From: Nanobdellota archaeon
GTDB lineage: Archaea; Nanobdellota; Nanobdellia; Pacearchaeales; GW2011-AR1
DNA: 64,000 nucleotides
Direction: 5' to 3'
Assembly (NCBI GenBank): GCA_030611805.1
Contig: JAUWPB010000001.1
Location: 24,765 to 88,764, forward strand
Below the pieces are notes generated by a model. The model was given only the letters and a program-made list of their open reading frames with translations, was not told the origin of the DNA and did not search any database. Of the stretch, positions 56,026 to 64,000 are shown piece after piece (within the stretch, counting starts at the first letter, position 1; each line of letters opens with the position of its first letter). A program made the position numbers and the translations under genes.

Positions 56026-56402
56026 GTCAAGACATAGTTGCTGATGCTTTGAATATGATAAGAAATGCCAAGAAAGCGAGAAAAGAAATTGTAAAGATAA
56101 ATCGGATTTCAAATTTGTTGATTGAGATTTTAAAGATAATGAAACAAGAAGGTGCAATAAAGAAATATAAAATTAACAGCAAGGAAAAATATGTTGAGAT
56201 TACAATCGGCGAGTTGTCAGAATGCAAGGCGATAAAACCGCGGTTTAGTGTTGATAAAACCCAGATTGAAAAATACCGAAGAAGATATCTGCCTGCGAGA
56301 AATTTAGGGACTATGATTATTTCAACTAACAAAGGTTTGACAACTCATGAAGAAACTCAAAAAGAACAAACAGGGGGATGCTTGATTGCATATTTTTATT
56401 AA
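56022..56402 (+). CDS. rps8: Ribosomal protein S8
   Basis: MSQDIVADALNMIRNAKKARKEIV. Confidence 0.9.
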   Translation: MSQDIVADALNMIRNAKKARKEIVKINRISNLLIEILKIMKQEGAIKKYKINSKEKYVEITIGELSECKAIKPRFSVDKTQIEKYRRRYLPARNLGTMIISTNKGLTTHEETQKEQTGGCLIAYFY

Positions 56403-56403
56403 A

Positions 56404-56754
56404 ATGGAACAAACAATACACCCTCACGAAATGATGGCAGACTTTGTAAATAAATATGAATCCCGAATAAAACCTGTGCTTCAAAAAGGAAAAAATATTA
56501 ATGATTTGATTGGCTTAATATTTGAACAAGATTTAAGATATAAAGAAATGGGAAGTTTAACAATTCAACCAAACCCAAAAGCTCAGGCTCATTATCGTCT
56601 CGCGATTAATTTTCTTGGACAATTAACAATGAAAACGCTGACTCAAGATCTTTTTAAATTTGGAATTGAAAGGGTAGAAGCACAAGTTAAAAAGTTAAAC
56701 ACAATATTGCATGAAGATTCACATTATAAATTATATCGAGAGGAATCAAGATGA
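56404..56754 (+). CDS. Hypothetical protein intercalated between rps8 and rpl6
   Basis: ORF track (start moved to MEQTIHP after rps8 stop). Confidence 0.4.
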   Translation: MEQTIHPHEMMADFVNKYESRIKPVLQKGKNINDLIGLIFEQDLRYKEMGSLTIQPNPKAQAHYRLAINFLGQLTMKTLTQDLFKFGIERVEAQVKKLNTILHEDSHYKLYREESR

Positions 56755-57293
56755 AAAAAGAATTATTTCAAACAATTGAAATTCCAGAAGGAGTGGAAGC
56801 AAGTATAGACTGGGGTAGTGTAACTGTGAAAGGTAAAGAAGGGGAAAATAAAAGAACATTTAATCTTGGGAAATTAGATTTTGAGAAAAAAGAAAACAAA
56901 ATAATTATTGGAAATAAAAAGGCAACAAAAACTGAAAAGAAAATGATGAACACAATTGCGTCTCATATAAATAATATGATTAAAGGTGTGCAGGAAAAAT
57001 TTGAATACAAATTGAAAGTATGTTTTAGCCATTTTCCTATGAATGTTAAAATAGAAGGCAATGAAGCGGTAATAAAGAATTTTTTAGGAGAAAAAATCCC
57101 AAGAAAAGTGAGAATTCCTGAAGGCACTGAAGTTGTAATTGATAAGGATATTATCACTGTCAAATCTACTGATAAAGAATTAGGGGGACAGGCTGCAGCA
57201 AATTTTGAAACAGCTACGAGAATTATTGGCAAAGACAGAAGGGTTTTCCAGGACGGGATTTATATTACAAGTAAATGTGGGAGGGAAATTTAA
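56751..57293 (+). CDS. rpl6: Ribosomal protein L6
   Basis: Two-domain uL6 pattern. Confidence 0.85.
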   Translation: MKKELFQTIEIPEGVEASIDWGSVTVKGKEGENKRTFNLGKLDFEKKENKIIIGNKKATKTEKKMMNTIASHINNMIKGVQEKFEYKLKVCFSHFPMNVKIEGNEAVIKNFLGEKIPRKVRIPEGTEVVIDKDIITVKSTDKELGGQAAANFETATRIIGKDRRVFQDGIYITSKCGREI

Positions 57294-57294
57294 A

Positions 57295-57729
57295 ATGGTT
57301 AAATTTTTAAGAAGAAGCTGGGACAGATATTCAAAACTTGGAAAAGGAAGAAAGAAAAAACAGGTTTGGAGAAAGCCAAGAGGCAGAGATAATAAAATGA
57401 GAGAAAAAAGAAAAGGATATCCTGTAGTAGTGAGCATAGGATATAAAAAACCTGGAAAGAAGATTGATGAGAAAAAATTAATTATTATGAATGTTAGAGA
57501 TTTGAACAAAGTTAAAGAAAATAAAATTGTAATAATTGGGAAAGTTGGAACAAAGAAAAAAATAGAAATAGTTAAAAAAGCAAATGAAAAGAAAATTAAA
57601 ATTCATAATTTAAATGTTAAAAAATTTTTGAAGGAGTTAGAGAAGAAAGAAAAGAAAACAAAGGAGAAAGAAAACAAAAAACCAGAAAAGAAACCTGATA
57701 AAACTAAAAGCAAGGAGGAGAAAAAATGA
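57295..57729 (+). CDS. rpl32e: Ribosomal protein L32e with K-rich C-terminal extension
   Basis: MVKFLRRSWDRYSKLGKGRKKKQVWRKPRGRDNKMR; track start 57205 overlaps rpl6. Confidence 0.85.
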   Translation: MVKFLRRSWDRYSKLGKGRKKKQVWRKPRGRDNKMREKRKGYPVVVSIGYKKPGKKIDEKKLIIMNVRDLNKVKENKIVIIGKVGTKKKIEIVKKANEKKIKIHNLNVKKFLKELEKKEKKTKEKENKKPEKKPDKTKSKEEKK

Positions 57730-58133
57730 ACCTACGCAAGAAAAAAGAATTAGCTGTAAGGACTTTAAAAGTTGGAAAAGAAAGAATTGTTTTTTTGCAG
57801 TCAAGGTTAGAGGAAATAAAAGAAGCAATTACTAAACAAGATATTCGGGACTTGAAAAAAGAAGGAGGAATAATTGTAAAAGAAATTAAGGGAAGAAAAA
57901 AGATTAAGAAGGTGGGTAAAAAAAGAGGTCCTGGGAAAATAAGAAAAAAAGTTAATAAAAGAAAACAAGAATATGTTAAAATGACCAGAAAATTAAGGAA
58001 ATACACTGGTGAAATGAAAAAGCAAGGAAAATTATCTAAAGAAAATGTTGAAGATATTAAAAAGAAAATAAGAAACAGAATTTTTAGAAGCAAGGCACAT
58101 TTGAAAACTTATATTGGAGGATTGAAAAAATGA
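57726..58133 (+). CDS. rpl19e: Ribosomal protein L19e
   Basis: MNLRKKKELAVRTLKVGKERIVF. Confidence 0.85.
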   Translation: MNLRKKKELAVRTLKVGKERIVFLQSRLEEIKEAITKQDIRDLKKEGGIIVKEIKGRKKIKKVGKKRGPGKIRKKVNKRKQEYVKMTRKLRKYTGEMKKQGKLSKENVEDIKKKIRNRIFRSKAHLKTYIGGLKK

Positions 58134-58426
58134 AAATAGAAAATGAAATTAAATATATAGAAATCCGGAAAGACTGGGAAAAAGTAACCAGAGCTGATAA
58201 AGTGATTGCGAATGAGGGGCTTCAAGAAGGATTTTTCTTTGGAAAAAGATATCTCCCCCACTCTGGTACAAAGCTTATACAAAAAGAGTTCCCAATTTTA
58301 ATAAGAAGAGAAATAAATTCAATAATTGAGGATGTCGTTGGTGAAGCAATCATTGTCCATGATCAGGGAGTTTCAGGAGATTATGACAAATTAGATAAAT
58401 TTTTAAGAACGGAGTGTAATGCATAA
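58130..58426 (+). CDS. Hypothetical protein intercalated between rpl19e and rpl18
   Basis: ORF track; overlapping junction. Confidence 0.4.
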   Translation: MKIENEIKYIEIRKDWEKVTRADKVIANEGLQEGFFFGKRYLPHSGTKLIQKEFPILIRREINSIIEDVVGEAIIVHDQGVSGDYDKLDKFLRTECNA

Positions 58427-58428
58427 AA

Positions 58429-58923
58429 ATGAAAACATTAAAACGAAGAAGAAAAGAATGTAAAACAGATTACGGAAAAAGGATTAAATTGCTGAAAAGC
58501 GGGAAGCCAAGAATTGTTTTTAGAAGAACAAACAAGTATGTTATTGCACAATATGTAACAAGCAAAGAAGCGCAGGATAAAGTTGAAATAGGAATTAGTT
58601 CAAAAAACTTGTCAAAATATGGATGGTCAAAAGAATTTTCAGGGAGTTTAAAATCAACATCAGCATCATATCTTACAGGATTATTAATGGGTAAAAAAAT
58701 TATAAAACAAAAATTAAAAACCCCGATTGTTGATTTTGGGATGGCCAGAATATTGCATAAAACAAGGGTTTATGGTTTTTTGAAAGGATTAATCGACGCG
58801 GGAATTGATATAAAATGTAAAAAAGAAGCTTTTCCAGGTGAAGATAGAATAAAAGGAAAACACATGAAAAAAGATTTTTCAAAAATATTTGAAGAAATTA
58901 AATCTAAAATAGAAAAAGAATAA
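58429..58923 (+). CDS. rpl18: Ribosomal protein L18
   Basis: GKPRIVFRRTNKYVIAQYV. Confidence 0.85.
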   Translation: MKTLKRRRKECKTDYGKRIKLLKSGKPRIVFRRTNKYVIAQYVTSKEAQDKVEIGISSKNLSKYGWSKEFSGSLKSTSASYLTGLLMGKKIIKQKLKTPIVDFGMARILHKTRVYGFLKGLIDAGIDIKCKKEAFPGEDRIKGKHMKKDFSKIFEEIKSKIEKE

Positions 58924-59756
58924 TGGAAGAAAAAATAAATACAAGTTCGGGAAAAGATGAATATGCAGAAAAACCTGAAGAAGTTTTAGAAGAATCAGAA
59001 TTAAAAGAACTTGAAGAAATGAAAAAAGAAGTTGAAAAAAAGGTAAATGGAACAGATAAAGAAAGTTATAGGAATATGAGCCGGGCTGAAAGAGAGAAAA
59101 AAGCTCAGCAAGATGCAATATCTTCCTGGGAACCGAAAACAAAACTTGGGCAAGAAGTAAAAGATGGAAAAATAAAAAGTATTGATGAGATTTTAGACAG
59201 CAAAAGAAAAATTCTTGAAGCAGAAATTGTTGATTCGTTGATTGAGGTTAAATCTGAATTGAGCTCTATTGGTCAGTCAAAAGGAAAGTTTGGAGGCGGA
59301 AAAAGAAGAGCATGGAGACAAACGCAAAGAAAAACAAAAGAAGGAAATGTCCCAAGTTTTTCAACGCTTGCTATTGTTGGTGATGAAAATGGACATATTG
59401 GAATTGGCTCTGGAAAAGCTAAAGAAACTTTGCCAGCGAGAGACAAGGCCATAAGAAAAGCTAAATTAAATCTCATGAAAATAAAAAGAGCTTGTGCAGG
59501 ATTTGATTGCTCTTGTTCAGAATTACATTCAATCCCATTTAAAATAACCGGAAAATGCGGTAGTGTTAAAGTAACTTTAATCCCTGCACCACAAGGGACA
59601 GGGTTAGTTGTTGGAAGAGAATTAAGAAAGATATTAAAACTTGCAGGAATTAAAGATGTTTATAGCAGAACCTCGGGGAGAAAAAGGACTACTTTTAATT
59701 TAGTTAAATCTTGTATTGATGCTTTGAAGAAAACAAATGTGGAGGCAGAAAAATGA
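58923..59756 (+). CDS. rps5: Ribosomal protein S5 with acidic N-terminal extension
   Basis: GGGKRRAWRQTQRKTKEGNVPSFSTLAIVGDENGHIGIGSGKAKE. Confidence 0.9.
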   Translation: MEEKINTSSGKDEYAEKPEEVLEESELKELEEMKKEVEKKVNGTDKESYRNMSRAEREKKAQQDAISSWEPKTKLGQEVKDGKIKSIDEILDSKRKILEAEIVDSLIEVKSELSSIGQSKGKFGGGKRRAWRQTQRKTKEGNVPSFSTLAIVGDENGHIGIGSGKAKETLPARDKAIRKAKLNLMKIKRACAGFDCSCSELHSIPFKITGKCGSVKVTLIPAPQGTGLVVGRELRKILKLAGIKDVYSRTSGRKRTTFNLVKSCIDALKKTNVEAEK

Positions 59757-60046
59757 CAAGCATAGTTAAGTTAAAAGATGGAAGTAATTTAGTAACAGGA
59801 TTAGTATATATTCTAAAGGGAGAGAATAAACAAGTGGAAGCAATTTTCACAGATTGTAATAAAAAGAATCTTGAATTTTTAGAAAAGTCTCCACAAGGTT
59901 TTGTAAAATATTTAGTAAAAGAAAATTCAATAGAAATGGTCAATTCAAGAATAGGTGTTGGATACAGACGTCTAAAAGTGAAGGATAATTTAAAGGGGCA
60001 AAAAATACCTAAAGAACTAATAAAAAATTTGGAGGATTTTAAATGA
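59753..60046 (+). CDS. Hypothetical protein intercalated between rps5 and rpl30
   Basis: ORF track; overlapping junctions. Confidence 0.4.
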   Translation: MTSIVKLKDGSNLVTGLVYILKGENKQVEAIFTDCNKKNLEFLEKSPQGFVKYLVKENSIEMVNSRIGVGYRRLKVKDNLKGQKIPKELIKNLEDFK

Positions 60047-60468
60047 TAGCAATAATCAGAATTCATGGAATGGTGAAAATAAAAAAAAGACTAGAGGAAA
60101 CTTTGCAAAGATTGAGATTGAAGAGGAAGTATAGTTGTGTTGTTTTAGTTAAACCTAAGAAAGAGCAATTAGGGATGATAAAAAATATTAAGAATTTTGT
60201 GGCTTTTGGAGAAATTAACAAAGAAACTTTTGAGAAGTTAATTGAACAGCGTGGACAATTAATAAATAAGAAAAAGAAAATTAATTTTAAAGAAGTTGTT
60301 AAAGAATTAGAAAAAGGAAAGAAATATGAGGAATTAAACTTAAAACCATTTTTTAGATTGCATCCTCCTCGTAAAGGGATTGATAGTAAAAAACATTTTG
60401 GTGTTAGAAAAGGAGTCTTAGGAAATAACAAGGAAAAAATAAATGAATTAATTGGGAGGATGTTGTGA
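60043..60468 (+). CDS. rpl30: Ribosomal protein L30
   Basis: MIAIIRIHGMVKIKKRLEETLQRLRLKRK; C-terminus ...LIGRML. Confidence 0.85.
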   Translation: MIAIIRIHGMVKIKKRLEETLQRLRLKRKYSCVVLVKPKKEQLGMIKNIKNFVAFGEINKETFEKLIEQRGQLINKKKKINFKEVVKELEKGKKYEELNLKPFFRLHPPRKGIDSKKHFGVRKGVLGNNKEKINELIGRML

Positions 60469-60473
60469 GATGG
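60451..60473 (+). repeat. Repeated junction cassette GGGAGGATGTTGTGA-n-ATGG (copy 1; encodes G-R-M-L-stop + SD + ATG)
   Basis: Near-identical copies at 60682..60703 and 60969..60987. Confidence 0.7.
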
Positions 60474-60697
60474 TAGAAAAAAAATTAATAATAAAAGGAT
60501 TAGAATACTATACATCACATAGAGGTGGAACTGTTGTGGATACAGAAAATAGAAAAACAAGAACGATAGTTAAACAAGTTTATGACACAAGTTTTTTTGG
60601 AATAAGAAAAGTTTTAAGAGAATCAAAAATCATTACAGAGATAAGAGATAACGCAGAATATTCTGTTTATAATCAATTAATGGGGAGGATGTTGTGA
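60470..60697 (+). CDS. Hypothetical small protein 1 of 3 between rpl30 and rpl15 (C-terminus ...MGRML)
   Basis: ATG 1 nt after rpl30 TGA; track used upstream TTG. Confidence 0.4.
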   Translation: MVEKKLIIKGLEYYTSHRGGTVVDTENRKTRTIVKQVYDTSFFGIRKVLRESKIITEIRDNAEYSVYNQLMGRML

Positions 60698-60698
60698 A

Positions 60699-60983
60699 AT
60701 GGGAAAGGTTGAATTAAACAAAATGCAAGATTATAAAGTTGAATTATATCCTGGACAAGTTATATTGGAAGGGAAATACCTGAATCAATTAGAAGATACA
60801 CATGTTTTTGAACATGAAAAAAAAGGAGAAAAACATTACATATTAGTAGAAGGCCACTGGATGATTAAAGAAGAAGATATTATAACTCACAAAAATATTT
60901 CTTCTTTTCCAATCAAAGTTATTCCTGAAAAAAAGGCTTATCTGGTTAAAGGTTTACAGAAATTAATAGGGGGAATGTTGTAA
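60699..60983 (+). CDS. Hypothetical small protein 2 of 3 (C-terminus ...LIGGML)
   Basis: ORF track. Confidence 0.4.
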   Translation: MGKVELNKMQDYKVELYPGQVILEGKYLNQLEDTHVFEHEKKGEKHYILVEGHWMIKEEDIITHKNISSFPIKVIPEKKAYLVKGLQKLIGGML

Positions 60984-61198
60984 TGGGAAAAATAACTTAT
61001 CAAACAATAGTTGGAGGAGAAAAAATAGCAATTTTTAGAGAAGGAGGAATTGTAGAAATTGGGCATAAAGAAAAACTAACAGGAGAATGTAAGTTAGATA
61101 CATACCACAAAATTGCCGGAGGATACAAAAAGGTTCTTACTCAAACAGCTGAAGAAGGGAGTGTTTTGTATAGAGAATTAATGAGGATTTCAAAATGA
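60983..61198 (+). CDS. Hypothetical small protein 3 of 3
   Basis: ORF track; taATG overlap. Confidence 0.4.
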   Translation: MGKITYQTIVGGEKIAIFREGGIVEIGHKEKLTGECKLDTYHKIAGGYKKVLTQTAEEGSVLYRELMRISK

Positions 61199-61698
61199 TA
61201 AAAACACACAAACGAACAAAATCATCAAAAATGCATGGAAGAGGTAGAGGGACTCATGGTTATGGAGAAAGAAAGAAACATAAAAAATCAGGGCATAAAG
61301 GTGGAAAAGGAATGTCTGGAAGCGGGAAGAGAGCAGACCATAAAAAAACTCTTGTGTTAAAAAAATATGGACATAAGTATTTTGGAAAACAGGGAATAAC
61401 AAGCAGGGGAACAAAAAGAGATATTAGAAAAAGAATTAATCTTCAACAAATTGAATTAAATCTTGAAAAGTATGGGCAGAAAAAAAATGATGTGTGGGAA
61501 ATTAATTTAAAAAATTATAAAATTCTTGGAACTGGCGAGGTTAAAAATAAATTAATTATAAATGCTAAAGAAGCTTCTAAATCAGCGATTGAGAAAGTGA
61601 AAAAAGCTGGGGGCGAAATAATAATTAAGAAAGGGCACACAAAGGTTGAAAAAGTTAAAGATAATGCTAAAGAGGAGAAAGAGGTTATTAAAAAATAA
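61195..61698 (+). CDS. rpl15: Ribosomal protein L15
   Basis: KMHGRGRGTHGYGERKKHKKSGHKGGKG. Confidence 0.85.
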   Translation: MIKTHKRTKSSKMHGRGRGTHGYGERKKHKKSGHKGGKGMSGSGKRADHKKTLVLKKYGHKYFGKQGITSRGTKRDIRKRINLQQIELNLEKYGQKKNDVWEINLKNYKILGTGEVKNKLIINAKEASKSAIEKVKKAGGEIIIKKGHTKVEKVKDNAKEEKEVIKK

Positions 61699-61700
61699 TC

Positions 61701-63140
61701 ATGGACTTAAGAAAAATATTTGATTTTATCCCGGAAGTTAGAAAACCAGATGAGAAAAAACTCGGCTTTAATGTAAAATTAAAATGGACTTTGATTATTT
61801 TAGTTTCGTTTTTTGTCCTTGCTAATATTTCTCTTTTTGGTTTGTCGCATAATGCTCTTGAGAGATTTGAGTATCTGGCTATAATCCTTGGAACAGATTT
61901 TGGGAGTATTATTTCATTGGGTATCGGACCAATTGTAATGGCATCTATTATTTTGCAGTTGCTTACTGGCTCAGGGATATTAAATATTGATACTGCAACT
62001 GTGGAAGGGAAGCGGTTTTTTGGCGGGCTGCAAAAATTATTGGTTTTCTTTTTTATAGTTTTTGAGGCAATGGTTTATGTTTTAATGCAGGGGCTTCAGG
62101 CAATGCCGGGACTTGCCCCATTACTTATTTTTCAGTTAATACTCGGGGGTCTGGCAATTTTTTACATGAGTGAAGTCTGCGAAAAATGGGGCTTTGGCTC
62201 TGGTGTTAGTTTGTTTATAGGAGCAGGTGTTAGCTGGAGAATATTCACAAGTGCTCTTCAATTTGTAAACCAACAAGGACGGAATTGTTTACTTGATTTT
62301 AAAGGAACACCATGTTCTGGGAAAATTTTAGTTATGATTCAATCAATAATAAATAAATATCCAATAGAATTTGTATCTGCACTTGGAGCAATTTTAGCGA
62401 CTATCCTAATTTTCTTAATAGTTGTCTGGGCACAATCATTAAAAGTTGAACTCCCTTTATCGTATGGAAGAATCAGAGGGTATGGTGTTAAATGGCCTTT
62501 GTCTTTTTTTTATGCTTCTGTTATCCCGGTAATTTTGTGTGCTGCTTTAGTTGCCAATATCCAGCTCTTTGGAGGAATTATTGAAAATGCCGCAGCTCCG
62601 TGTTTTATAGAAGAAGGCGTCTGCACTGGCATGGCAAAATTTGCTTCACACCTGGGTTTTTTAGGGCATTTTGTTGAGGGGCAGCCGATTTCTGGTTTAG
62701 CCTTTTGGATGGGTTCAACTAATCTCTTAGAATTATTTATCAGAGGAGGATTTATGTTTAGGTATTTATTGCAAGGTTTCACACATATTTTATTTTTTGT
62801 ATTTTTCTGTACAATCTTCTCTATATTCTGGGTTAAAACTTCGGGCATGGATTCAAAAGCACAGGCACATAAGATTGTTTCATCTGGATTGCAGGTAGCT
62901 GGATTCAGACAAGATGAAAGAATTTTGGAGAGCATTCTTGACAGGTATATTATGCCGTTGACAGTTATGGGCGGAGCAGCAATAGGATTGCTCGCTGCAT
63001 CCACTGATTTGCTTGGGGCATTGGTTTCAGGAACAGCGATATTATTAGTAATCATGATTATGTTCCAGTTTTATCAAAACATTGCGCAACAACACCAGAT
63101 GGATATGGCTCCTGCGATGAAGAAATTTATGCAAGGATAA
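61701..63140 (+). CDS. secY: Preprotein translocase subunit SecY
   Basis: 10-TM protein, position after rpl15. Confidence 0.9.
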   Translation: MDLRKIFDFIPEVRKPDEKKLGFNVKLKWTLIILVSFFVLANISLFGLSHNALERFEYLAIILGTDFGSIISLGIGPIVMASIILQLLTGSGILNIDTATVEGKRFFGGLQKLLVFFFIVFEAMVYVLMQGLQAMPGLAPLLIFQLILGGLAIFYMSEVCEKWGFGSGVSLFIGAGVSWRIFTSALQFVNQQGRNCLLDFKGTPCSGKILVMIQSIINKYPIEFVSALGAILATILIFLIVVWAQSLKVELPLSYGRIRGYGVKWPLSFFYASVIPVILCAALVANIQLFGGIIENAAAPCFIEEGVCTGMAKFASHLGFLGHFVEGQPISGLAFWMGSTNLLELFIRGGFMFRYLLQGFTHILFFVFFCTIFSIFWVKTSGMDSKAQAHKIVSSGLQVAGFRQDERILESILDRYIMPLTVMGGAAIGLLAASTDLLGALVSGTAILLVIMIMFQFYQNIAQQHQMDMAPAMKKFMQG

Positions 63141-63213
63141 ACTTGCAAAATATAAAAATAAATTTTAACACAAGGGGGTTAAGATTTAAAAACCAAATTC
63201 CTATTATATTAAG

Positions 63214-63750
63214 ATGGACAAAAAGGCAAGTTTTAAACCAATTATTTATGTAATGATTGCTTCAATGGCGATTGCTTTTTTTTGGAATAGCATGCCTGTT
63301 ATAAAAAATACTGCGAATATGATTTTAGGTCCGACTGCAGGAGCTTTGCTTGATTGGAATCTGACTTATGGGATGATGATTCTTATTTTGATAATATCTT
63401 TATTTATGACTTTGCTTCAAAAATATGCAACAGATCAAAAAGAAATAAGAAGACTGAAAAAAGAACAAAAAGATTTGCAAAAAGACATGAAGGAATATAA
63501 AGACCATCCAGAGAAATTAATGGAGATGCAAAAGAGTTCTTTTCCTTTGATGATTGAGTTGATGAAACACAGCATGAGACCAATGATATTTACTGGTGTG
63601 CCTTTGATTTTATTTTTCAGATGGTTTATGGATTTTTTTACTGCCTTGGGAGACCCTAGATTTTTCGGTTTTTTAAGCTGGTTTTGGTTTTATTTAATTG
63701 GCTCAATGATTTTTAGTATAATTTTAAGAAAGATAATGAAGGTTGTTTGA
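63214..63750 (+). CDS. DUF106 (EMC3/TMCO1-like) archaeal Oxa1/YidC-superfamily membrane insertase candidate
   Basis: 3-TM topology with central charged coiled-coil KEIRRLKKEQKDLQKDMKEYKDHPEK; location downstream of secY as in many archaea. Confidence 0.45.
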   Translation: MDKKASFKPIIYVMIASMAIAFFWNSMPVIKNTANMILGPTAGALLDWNLTYGMMILILIISLFMTLLQKYATDQKEIRRLKKEQKDLQKDMKEYKDHPEKLMEMQKSSFPLMIELMKHSMRPMIFTGVPLILFFRWFMDFFTALGDPRFFGFLSWFWFYLIGSMIFSIILRKIMKVV

Positions 63751-63751
63751 T

Positions 63752-64000
63752 ATGAAAAACTCTATAAAAAAAGGTTTTGGATTTGGTCTGACTTCCGGCA
63801 TAATTACAACCTTGGGGCTTATTGTGGGTTTGCATTCCAGCACAAATTCAGTTCTTATTATAATTGGAGGGATTATTATAATTGCCGTCGCAGATTCGCT
63901 TTCAGATTCACTCGGCATTCATATTTCTGAAGAGTTTAATCACAAGAATTCGCAAAAAGAAATTTGGGAAGCCACTCTTTCTACATTGTTTTTCAAGTTT
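63752..64000 (+). CDS. VIT1/CCC1-like (DUF125) membrane protein, N-terminal part (continues beyond window)
   Basis: GFGFGLTSGIITTLGLIVGL...IIIIAVADSLSDSLGIHISEE resembles VIT family helix pattern. Confidence 0.35.
   Translation, partial: MKNSIKKGFGFGLTSGIITTLGLIVGLHSSTNSVLIIIGGIIIIAVADSLSDSLGIHISEEFNHKNSQKEIWEATLSTLFFKF

Noticed and set aside
1-64000. CRISPR arrays or rRNA genes
   Set aside because: No regularly spaced direct repeats and no rRNA-like conserved segments were seen anywhere in the window.

Overview
The window is an AT-rich (about 30% GC), gene-dense archaeal region with the expected content of a small DPANN-type archaeon (Woesearchaeota/Pacearchaeota/Nanoarchaeota-like). Markers: L19e, L32e, S4e, L37ae, L40e, aIF5A, aIF1/SUI1, RpoP, Spt5 and FtsZ with SepF. 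Translation looks like the standard code. Three regions are described below.

**Left third (1-20 kb).** Envelope and housekeeping genes: a GT2 fragment, DedA, an archaeosortase-family protein, PAP2, a 672-aa acidic surface protein, and a truncated Dph2. SepF, FtsZ, FKBP and aIF5A are here too. An exosome-superoperon remnant reads L37ae, 54-aa ORF, RpoP, PfdB. tRNA-Pro, L11, Spt5 and SecE follow, detached from the L1-L10-L12 cluster. A Fic plus RelE/antitoxin module also sits here.

**Accessory/defense island (20.3-28.8 kb).** One tightly overlapping minus-strand operon encodes five proteins:
- a SWIM zinc-finger + IS4/IS5-type DDE transposase-like protein
- a BcgI-like Type IIB restriction-modification enzyme (PD-ExK nuclease fused to an NPPY gamma-class N6-adenine methyltransferase)
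- a two-TRD specificity subunit
- a Cas4/RecB-like PD-(D/E)xK nuclease with an Fe-S cysteine cluster
- a HEPN-like protein

Divergent from it is a four-gene overlapping operon: RHH regulator, Panacea (DUF4065) antitoxin-like protein, PIN nuclease and an unknown 389-aa protein. This is the best candidate for an undescribed system.

**Right third (29-64 kb).** L40e, an S2P (M50) protease, Taw1, L1-L10-L12, an XPD-like helicase, tRNA-Ser, AMP phosphorylase and an AI-2E transporter precede the large ribosomal protein cluster L3 ... L15-SecY-DUF106/Oxa1. That cluster carries at least 14 small uncharacterised ORFs and a DEDDh exonuclease intercalated between almost every pair of r-protein genes, all with overlapping stop/start codons. 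It also holds repeated junction cassettes, a GC-rich 16-nt repeat inside two r-protein genes, and low-complexity K/E-rich extensions on several r-proteins.

Several genes shorter than 60 aa that the ORF track missed were found by eye: RpoP, SecE, L40e, an AbrB-like protein and further small ORFs. Two tRNAs were also found. No CRISPR array or rRNA was seen.
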